Shown: positions 26,570 through 33,062 of the stretch, one piece after another
Layout of the letters: each line of letters starts with the position of its first letter
Position numbering within the stretch: the first letter of the stretch is position 1
Virus record (IMG/VR): IMGVR_UViG_3300024232_000051
Location: 1 to 33,062 of that record
DNA from: a virus
Lineage: Duplodnaviria; Caudoviricetes
Length of the DNA stretch: 33,062 nt
Strand: one strand, 5' to 3'
Made by a program: the position numbers and the translations under genes
The notes under the pieces: model-generated
Databases searched by the model: none
Told to the model about the DNA's origin: nothing
What the model saw: only the letters and a program-made list of their open reading frames with translations

Positions 26570-28717
26570 TCACGGCAGGATGGGTAGCGGCTCTTCGTCG
26601 GGACCATCGTACTCGTCAGGGTCCGGTCCAAGGGTCCGAGTGGGCAGAACCATCGTTGCCGGGGGCGGGATTTTATATCCACTCTGTGGGACTAAAACCA
26701 CTTCGTGGCGTTTACCCTCTGTTTCCAGCATCATCATAAACACGTTGCCGAATATGTCGGTATAGGGGTGCGAGGTTGATCCGCGATTGAATATCCTGCG
26801 AACTGCTTCAGCTAACGATTTGGTGGACTGAGCAAACTCTGCCGTCTTACCCAGTATCGCAGCGGCTTCAGCCACGCTTATAGCATTCTTACTCCGCTCA
26901 ACCATGTCGTCGCCAATGGCACTTATGTGTTCGTTGTTCACGCGTTGCTGTATTGACGTGATATCTAGCTTGATGGGGGTGGTGTACAAGCCATTGTTAG
27001 AGGCTCGCATAACCCGCCGCTCCCACCACTGTAGCGTACTCGGACCTGATGGACCGTGGTTGCTCTTGCTGACACGTGTCGAGAAAAAAGTAACGTGTTT
27101 GCCGTACCTGTCGATATCCTCCATGGTCTGCGGGAGAATGTTCATGACGATACGTGCGCTCGATACCACGCTACCCGCGCCCACGCTCAAGTCAGGGCTG
27201 TCGGGGTCTAGGTTCTTGAGTAGCATCAGATGCTTGACTGTATGGTGACTGATGATCATGCCCACGTCCAGCCGTTGGGCAAACTTGTTGATGAAGCGCA
27301 TTGCCAGTGACATTTGGGCGTTGTCGTTTTCATTGACCCCAACAAGCACCTTTCGCAATGGGTCCACGATGACCAGCTTTATGGTTGGCTTGGCGTTGAT
27401 ATAGTCAGTGAAATACTTCTCAGTGGTCGGTGGCACTTTCATGTTGCGGCCATTGTCCGCTTCGACCATCGTCAGCATTTCGCTCTCATGATCCATGATG
27501 AACAAATGCTGTCGTACTTCATCCCAGTTCAGCCCATGCTGCGTACACGTTACCGCCGCTCGTCCTGATATCTCGCTCGCGCTGTCTTCAGGGTTATAGA
27601 GTAGTACATCTATCGGTCGGGGTATCTTGTATGGTCCGAAGTCTTTGCCCACGGCTGCATGGCAAGCCAGTGCCACAAAGAATGTACTCTTACCCACGCC
27701 GCCCGGTCCTACGGCCATGGTCACGGTGCGCGGAACACACAGCGGGTATATCACCCAGTCCACCAAGGGTATAAACTGTTCTTCGGTCAGTTGCTTGGGC
27801 TGGTGGGCTTGAAACTCGTACCCGTTGGCGACCAACAGCGGGGGTGGTCCAAGGGCTTTGATCAGGGGCGGCTTATAGACAAGCGCAGCCAACGTGTTTT
27901 CTGGGTCTTTCGAGCCGACTTCGCCTATGGCGTAGTCGTCAGCGTTCTCGACTTTGTGTTGGAGTTCATCCGCTTCCCAAGGTGGTTCACACCGTGGGTT
28001 AAAATGCTCCATGAGTAGGTTAAACACTGTGACGGCTGTCAACCCATAATCCCGTACACCCATACACGCCACGTTGTAAGTGTGCGCGTCTCCTGCTTGG
28101 CCTTCGATTGCTGGGGCAACGCGTTGAAGGTAGTCCACATAAAGTGGTATCGCCTTCTCGGCGTCTGCATGGCCATTGAAGCGTTCTTTGCGTGTCTTGA
28201 CCGGCTTCAGGACGGCTAGGATACCCGGTGGTATCTCAGCCATTGGCTTGTCGATATACAGTTCATAAGCCCCGCCGCTTTCCAGCGAGAAAGACCCCGG
28301 TGCTATGCCATAGCCGTTGAAGCCACGGATATCGATGGCTGGCACTACGTCTTGCATGTTCCTGAACGTCACACCCGGTGGCAGCTTGAAATAGGCTTGT
28401 AGCCCACCTGATGCTGTCTTGACTACCAATGTGTCCCAATGACCACCCAATGCCTCGTAATTAGCTATGGCTGATCGGTTGTATTTCTTGTCGTTCTTGG
28501 TATCTATGTCTACGATTATGAAAGTAACACCGCACAGTACGCCAATGTTCAGGTCTTTCGATCCCGTGATAGGATCGCGCCACATCTGAATGATTTTGCT
28601 TTCATCGGTGGTCGCTAGCTCTGGAAAGCTTACGGTTGGTTTCTTCTCTCCATTAGGCAGGGGGAAAATGGGACACGCACGTCTAGCCCACGCCAGTGCT
28701 TCCCACAAAAGAGCCAT
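26570..28717 (-). CDS. Bifunctional Prim-Pol primase + PriCT-like + AAA_25/RepA-like helicase
   Basis: PIFPL...KKP, NIGV, IIVDID, TASGG, IDIRG..GY.IAPGS (Prim-Pol). Walker A GPGGVGKS, Walker B LVIVDP and SHH. Confidence 0.88.
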   Translation of the reverse strand: MALLWEALAWARRACPIFPLPNGEKKPTVSFPELATTDESKIIQMWRDPITGSKDLNIGVLCGVTFIIVDIDTKNDKKYNRSAIANYEALGGHWDTLVVKTASGGLQAYFKLPPGVTFRNMQDVVPAIDIRGFNGYGIAPGSFSLESGGAYELYIDKPMAEIPPGILAVLKPVKTRKERFNGHADAEKAIPLYVDYLQRVAPAIEGQAGDAHTYNVACMGVRDYGLTAVTVFNLLMEHFNPRCEPPWEADELQHKVENADDYAIGEVGSKDPENTLAALVYKPPLIKALGPPPLLVANGYEFQAHQPKQLTEEQFIPLVDWVIYPLCVPRTVTMAVGPGGVGKSTFFVALACHAAVGKDFGPYKIPRPIDVLLYNPEDSASEISGRAAVTCTQHGLNWDEVRQHLFIMDHESEMLTMVEADNGRNMKVPPTTEKYFTDYINAKPTIKLVIVDPLRKVLVGVNENDNAQMSLAMRFINKFAQRLDVGMIISHHTVKHLMLLKNLDPDSPDLSVGAGSVVSSARIVMNILPQTMEDIDRYGKHVTFFSTRVSKSNHGPSGPSTLQWWERRVMRASNNGLYTTPIKLDITSIQQRVNNEHISAIGDDMVERSKNAISVAEAAAILGKTAEFAQSTKSLAEAVRRIFNRGSTSHPYTDIFGNVFMMMLETEGKRHEVVLVPQSGYKIPPPATMVLPTRTLGPDPDEYDGPDEEPLPILP

Positions 28718-28724
28718 GTTGCCC

Positions 28725-28961
28725 TCAAGTGAGTTCGATCAAGCGATACGTATTTGGCTCCAGCCCATTCACAAGTCTATATTTGGAACCTTTGCGGCGT
28801 TCGTTGGAATTGACCCTGCCGGTATATGGCCCTAGACCACCGCCACCGACTTCCATAAGCCCAAGCGAAAACATAATCTCGCTGACCGGCACATCTTCGT
28901 TCAAGCCAAAGAATAGCATCAGGTCAATAAACTTCTCGCAGTTCCAACGGGGGTATTTCAC
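28725..28961 (-). CDS. Small hypothetical protein (possibly winged-helix-like)
   Basis: Likely GTG start overlapping the polymerase stop (GTGA). 78 aa, fills the pol-primase gap. Confidence 0.5.
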   Translation of the reverse strand: MKYPRWNCEKFIDLMLFFGLNEDVPVSEIMFSLGLMEVGGGGLGPYTGRVNSNERRKGSKYRLVNGLEPNTYRLIELT

Positions 28962-31219
28962 TTTGTGTATCTTGTCCCGTACCATGTCGTCGCCGCCATC
29001 GGAAAGTCCGCCGCCCATGGTGGGAGTTGTGTCAGAAGCCACTGGAAAAACCTTTCATGGTCAGTCGGTTTGTCGTACCAGTTGGGCTTTATCTCAGACA
29101 GTATTTCATCGTGTACAGTTAGGATGACTGAATACCCGGCTTGTTCAGCCCGTACGATAGCCGGTGCCAAAAAGTCTCTTGCCGTACCCTGAACTATGTT
29201 TTCGCATTGGTATCCGCCGTACAGTGCTTTGCGGACCCATTGCCTTGTGTCTGAGAGGCCGTAGAACCTTACGCCCCGACGCTTGTGACTGACAACTTTG
29301 TATCCTAGCGCAATCAGTTCGTCAAGTTCGTGCGGAAAGAGGTTATCGAGGTCAACGTATTGGGTTCCGTCCCAGATTTTCTCTTCCTGAATGACGGCAA
29401 CATGAGGCTGAGCGTACATTAGAACTCTTCCAGACGGCAACCGGCAATAGAGGAAGTGCGTGTCGGAGAAGTACGACACCTTACCATTGTAGACCGGCAC
29501 CAAGACGCCCGGTCTATCCACGGCTTGGATGGCTGCATCCTGTAATGCCCACCATGACTGTACGATTAACGGGTTGGACTTACGCCAGCCCACGACAGCT
29601 ATCTTGATCGCTGTCCATATATCCTCTGGCAAGTCTAACCTGTCTCTTGCACGGGCGTGTCGTTTGGCCGTTGCCTCCCACAATTCCGCATCGGTGGTCT
29701 GATAGATCGCTTTGGCTAGGCTGGGTAGCTTCATCAAGTAGTTGCCTGCCGCTGTGACGAAAGCCCCTACACCACCCTGATATCCACACTGTAGCTCGAT
29801 TACCTTGCCTATCTGCCGCAGCGGTTTAGTGACTTGCTCCACAGTGATATTGAAGGCACGGGCATACGCCAGCTTATACAGATCGGGTCCGATATGATTA
29901 TCATAATCCCGAAATGCTTGTATCTTCCATTCTTCCTTTGACAGCCACGCGTTGATACGGCCTTCGATATTGGAGAAATCTCCTCCCACAAAAGCATGAC
30001 CATCAGGCGCGGCAATGGTAGAGCGTAAGCCCTTAGCAAGCCACGCCAAAGTAGCCATGCCGCCTTGCGTGTCGCCATTAGCCAGCTTTGGCGAACCAAG
30101 CAACTCAACCATATCGTACACTTCTGACAGGGGTCGTGTTTCATCTTGCGTTAGCCCCACCACCCACGAAACCAGTGCTGCCTCTTCCTCGTCAGCAACG
30201 CGTACGTAGTTCTGGGGCTGCACCACCCTGCCCGCCCAGCGCATGGTTTGCTGCGCCCCACCGAATTGCAACCACCCACGTCCACGCCCGTCTGCGCCCA
30301 CGCTAGCTTTGATGGCGCGGTACTTGGCAGTGGAAGTCTTGGCGGTGGTCGAACGCAGTTCTATGACATCTTCGGCGTCTTCGTCGGCTAGCGCCTTGGC
30401 TTGATCCAGTAGTTGCTGCCGGTCGCCTTTCCGCAAACTTGTTGCTGCGACGTTGCGCGAGTTGAGCCAGTCAACCAGCTTGGCTACTTCTGTAGCCTTT
30501 CCCACCGCGCCATTGGTAAGGTTGGCGATCTCTTCGTTGGCTCGCAGCTTGGCATAATCAACAAGTTTAATAGCTCGCTCGACAAATCCCAAATCGTGAG
30601 GGATACCTCTGTCGTTAATTCGTTGGTCAAGGTGCCACAAGGCCAACTCGTCTGGTGTAAGCTCAGGCAGCACAGCATTGGCGTGCCGCTCCACATTAAC
30701 GTCTTGGTCGCAATAATCCTCCAGCGACACAATCCGTTCGTTGTCTTCCCACCACGTGATTGTTCCATCGGCGTTGACCTTGCGCGGTTTACTCATACGC
30801 ATCATAACGTTGTGGCCTTCCATGTCTTTCATCGGAAGGCCCAGCACCTTGGCTAGCTGTTCCAGCGATCCCGGTAAATTGCACGCGAATGCCCGTATCA
30901 TCAGATCGGACATCTGTTCAATGCGTAGTTCTGGCAACCGGTCATCGCGTGATCGAAGGCATCGCTCCCACACCACGCGCTCAAAAGGGCCATGCGCTAC
31001 GACACGTCGCCCACGCGTTATGTGCTCAATCAAGTCCCAAGGAAGGGGTTCGAGTTTGTATGGTCGCCACCGCTTGATTGGCCCTTGGCCTATACAGTAG
31101 CTTGCCACCAATACCTGTGTGGACGGGTCAGAGGCGTATCTATACGCCCCTGCCTTTTTCAAGTTAACTGAACTTCTAGTCTCGAAATCGAGGACTAGAT
31201 CATTGTCCGGTGAGTTCAT
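28958..31219 (-). CDS. polA: Family A DNA polymerase (phage, with 3'-5' exonuclease)
   Basis: ExoI DFETRS, ExoIII YCDQDV, motif A DFSNIEGR, motif B RQIGKVIELQCGY and motif C TVHDEI. Confidence 0.95.
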   Translation of the reverse strand: MNSPDNDLVLDFETRSSVNLKKAGAYRYASDPSTQVLVASYCIGQGPIKRWRPYKLEPLPWDLIEHITRGRRVVAHGPFERVVWERCLRSRDDRLPELRIEQMSDLMIRAFACNLPGSLEQLAKVLGLPMKDMEGHNVMMRMSKPRKVNADGTITWWEDNERIVSLEDYCDQDVNVERHANAVLPELTPDELALWHLDQRINDRGIPHDLGFVERAIKLVDYAKLRANEEIANLTNGAVGKATEVAKLVDWLNSRNVAATSLRKGDRQQLLDQAKALADEDAEDVIELRSTTAKTSTAKYRAIKASVGADGRGRGWLQFGGAQQTMRWAGRVVQPQNYVRVADEEEAALVSWVVGLTQDETRPLSEVYDMVELLGSPKLANGDTQGGMATLAWLAKGLRSTIAAPDGHAFVGGDFSNIEGRINAWLSKEEWKIQAFRDYDNHIGPDLYKLAYARAFNITVEQVTKPLRQIGKVIELQCGYQGGVGAFVTAAGNYLMKLPSLAKAIYQTTDAELWEATAKRHARARDRLDLPEDIWTAIKIAVVGWRKSNPLIVQSWWALQDAAIQAVDRPGVLVPVYNGKVSYFSDTHFLYCRLPSGRVLMYAQPHVAVIQEEKIWDGTQYVDLDNLFPHELDELIALGYKVVSHKRRGVRFYGLSDTRQWVRKALYGGYQCENIVQGTARDFLAPAIVRAEQAGYSVILTVHDEILSEIKPNWYDKPTDHERFFQWLLTQLPPWAADFPMAATTWYGTRYTK

Positions 31220-31457
31220 CTGCCGCTATCTTCACCCGTCCCGGCTGAAACACTGCCCGATTGACTGCCATGAACCCTTCTTCGATGTGGGTTCGTCCTA
31301 TGGCTAGCCAACGCTGGTCAACCCAGTTTTCCGTCTTCAGCGTGTCCAGAATGCGTAAGCAAATCTCTTCGATCTCCTTGTTGTGGTTGACTATCTGTAC
31401 CTTCTCGTCCGATTGCGGCTTGTACCCCGCCACCGGCAATCCCTGATGCTCTGCCAA
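31200..31457 (-). CDS. acb2: Acb2-like cyclic-oligonucleotide sponge (anti-CBASS)
   Basis: 85 aa: GYKPQS...VNHNKE...RWLAIGRTHIEEGFMAVNRAVFQP matches the Acb2 pattern GY..N..KE / RWLAIG.T....G.MA..RA..QP as I recall it. TTG start with AGGAG RBS. Confidence 0.85.
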   Translation of the reverse strand: MAEHQGLPVAGYKPQSDEKVQIVNHNKEIEEICLRILDTLKTENWVDQRWLAIGRTHIEEGFMAVNRAVFQPGRVKIAADELTGQ

Positions 31458-31665
31458 CTTGTTTCTCCTGTGTTATGCTCTCGATTATCTTGGTGAATTT
31501 AATAGGATCACTGACAGCTAGGCGTACGGCTTGGACTGCTTCCGCAACGCGTCCACCATTTACGCCAAAGATCGCTGCCACGTCATGCTGGTTATAACCC
31601 AGCATCAAGACTGCCCACGCGAAGCGTAGGTTCATCTCGGCATCGGGTGTCTTGGACATCGGCAT
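31318..31665 (-). CDS. Small HTH DNA-binding protein
   Basis: GYNQHDVAAIFGVNGGRVAEAV helix-turn-helix and GAGG RBS. The last ~45 codons overlap acb2. Confidence 0.7.
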   Translation of the reverse strand: MPMSKTPDAEMNLRFAWAVLMLGYNQHDVAAIFGVNGGRVAEAVQAVRLAVSDPIKFTKIIESITQEKQVGRASGIAGGGVQAAIGREGTDSQPQQGDRRDLLTHSGHAEDGKLG

Positions 31666-31686
31666 TACTCGCCTCTTATGGCTGTC

Positions 31687-31764
31687 GGCGGGACCGGAGG
31701 GTGTGCGCGTCTCCGGTCCCGCCTTATTCTGGCGTGTCGCTTCGGGGGCATTACCACGCCAGAA
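31687..31764. promoter_or_regulatory. Two adjacent inverted repeats between ssb and the HTH gene
   Basis: GGCGGGACCGGAG/CTCCGGTCCCGCC (13 bp perfect, 31687-31723) and TTCTGGCGTG/CACGCCAGAA (10 bp, 31727-31764). Confidence 0.6.
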
Positions 31765-31769
31765 ACTTG

Positions 31770-32618
31770 TTAGTACGGCATCTCGTCATCAGCGATGGTG
31801 GTCCCACGCATGGCCCCATAGAGCGGATTGGGCGGGGGCGGCGGCGAGTAGGCGGGTGGCGCACCCGGAACAACACCGGGCATCCCCACGGGCATCCTAG
31901 GCCCACCGTTGGGCGGTGGCGGCACCAACCCGGCAAAGGCACCCGGATTGATCTTTGGCGGCTGCACCCGCGCGTCCTTGAACACCTGTGCCGGGTCCAC
32001 ACCACCACCTGACAGGTTCGTGTCGTTCTCGATAATCATCACCGACTGCAAGCCAAACGAAATCCCCTTCTTAGGCTGGGGCGGCGACTTGCCATAGGGG
32101 TACGCGTTGACTGCGATCAATGCCCATACACCGGGATACACACGGCTCTTGTCTTCTATTGGTTTCTTCAGTGTGTCCACGATGCTCGGCTTGAACTTGC
32201 TGGTATGGTTCATGAAGTACAGACCGGGCGTGAACCCCTCGAATTTGTGCGCTTTCAATGCACAGTCATGGAACGGGTTTTCCAAGCCTGTGTACTGGTT
32301 CAAGTGGGGGTTATAGTACTCCCTGAACGTCTCACCAGCGAGACGGTAGTACTCTTGCAGATATACGTTCATATCCACGAACGGGCTATACAGCGCACAC
32401 ACGCTGAACTTGGGCGTGGCGTTGGGATTGCCCATCGGCGCTTTCGGCTCAAACAGCGTGTCGCAGAAAGCAAGCCTAACTGGTCCCGACACAATATACC
32501 CCGCATCGTCTTTCTTCGTGGGGTTTTCCGCGCAAGCCCGTCTGATCCATTCGTCGCCTACGGCGGAATTGGCCATAAGGGTATTACCCGGTGAGAATGT
32601 AGCTCCTGCCATGGTCAT
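31770..32618 (-). CDS. ssb: DUF2815-type single-stranded DNA-binding protein
   Basis: GPVRLAF...FEP, PKFSV, VYPGVW, KGISFGLQSVM motifs. Pro/Gly tail ending in DDEMPY. Confidence 0.85.
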   Translation of the reverse strand: MTMAGATFSPGNTLMANSAVGDEWIRRACAENPTKKDDAGYIVSGPVRLAFCDTLFEPKAPMGNPNATPKFSVCALYSPFVDMNVYLQEYYRLAGETFREYYNPHLNQYTGLENPFHDCALKAHKFEGFTPGLYFMNHTSKFKPSIVDTLKKPIEDKSRVYPGVWALIAVNAYPYGKSPPQPKKGISFGLQSVMIIENDTNLSGGGVDPAQVFKDARVQPPKINPGAFAGLVPPPPNGGPRMPVGMPGVVPGAPPAYSPPPPPNPLYGAMRGTTIADDEMPY

Positions 32619-32642
32619 GGTATCCTGTTTTATGTTTGATGG

Positions 32643-33062
32643 TCACTGCTTGTATTCTAGTAGGTTGGCTGTGTTGACTTCTGGTCGCTTATCCTCTCTG
32701 TCTACCAACATTAAGTTACCACTGCTAGCCTTAGTCGTCAAGGGTGCCATTTGCTGATTGGCTTCGATCATGGCTTGTTTACCCTGTACGCGGCCAACGC
32801 GTTCGTAGATTGCCTGTTTGACGGTTTCCTTGGCTTCCGTGATGGTGGTCAAACGTGGCTTGTAAAACATGCTTGGTGGCACACCAGCGATCTGGCCAAG
32901 GGTATTGGCTATCGTACGCTCGTCACCCGCCCACTTAGATTTAGCTTGCGCGTACACCAGTTTCTTACCCGGTATCGCCACACCGTCCTTGGCTAGCTGG
33001 ATGGCTTGACCCTCGACTGCGTTAAACCAGTCATCCACCATGTCACGCATCGTCAATATGTC
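32643..33062 (-). CDS. DUF2800 (Cas4-like nuclease) C-terminal part, truncated by window edge
   Basis: W..AVE..A....G..IPGKKLV....KW and LV...DKRP motifs. Located directly upstream of the DUF2815-type SSB. Confidence 0.7.
   Translation of the reverse strand, partial: DILTMRDMVDDWFNAVEGQAIQLAKDGVAIPGKKLVYAQAKSKWAGDERTIANTLGQIAGVPPSMFYKPRLTTITEAKETVKQAIYERVGRVQGKQAMIEANQQMAPLTTKASSGNLMLVDREDKRPEVNTANLLEYKQ

Larger units (their letters stand above)
1..33062. mobile_element. Podovirus-like bacteriophage/prophage genome segment (BPP-1/APSE/epsilon15-like gene content)
   Basis: Terminase, portal, capsid, tail tubular, ejection, fibre, PolA, SSB and primase-helicase genes are densely packed with overlapping starts and stops. 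No host housekeeping genes or integrase are seen. Confidence 0.96.

Noticed and set aside
28958-31219. Intein/intron in polymerase or stop-codon recoding
   Set aside because: Motifs are contiguous at normal length, and TAG, TGA and TAA all end genes at sensible boundaries.
32643-33062. CRISPR-Cas locus suggested by Cas4-like DUF2800
   Set aside because: DUF2800 is a routine partner of DUF2815 and PolA in phage replication cassettes. No other cas genes or array are seen.

Overview
This window is most of a podovirus-type dsDNA phage or prophage genome, with T7-like morphogenesis genes and a BPP-1/APSE-style replication cassette. The left end carries terL and terS on the minus strand, divergent from a long plus-strand virion operon. 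That operon encodes portal, scaffold, major capsid, tail tubular A and B, four ejection proteins, three tail-fibre genes and several small membrane/secreted ORFs. The right end is a convergent minus-strand replication operon: DUF2800-like nuclease (truncated), DUF2815-like SSB, small HTH protein, Acb2-like anti-CBASS sponge, family A DNA polymerase (Leu762 type) and Prim-Pol/RepA-type primase-helicase. Apparent GANTC scarcity and a DUF3309 gene suggest an alphaproteobacterial host (inference). The most notable observations are an HTH-acb2 unit embedded in the replication operon, the iterated palindrome AACGCGTT, a hairpin-tiled ~240-nt capsid leader, a nested discoidin insertion in the tail nozzle, a possible daisy-chained three-fibre system and an inverted terL-terS order. 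All family calls are motif recognition by eye; no database search was run.
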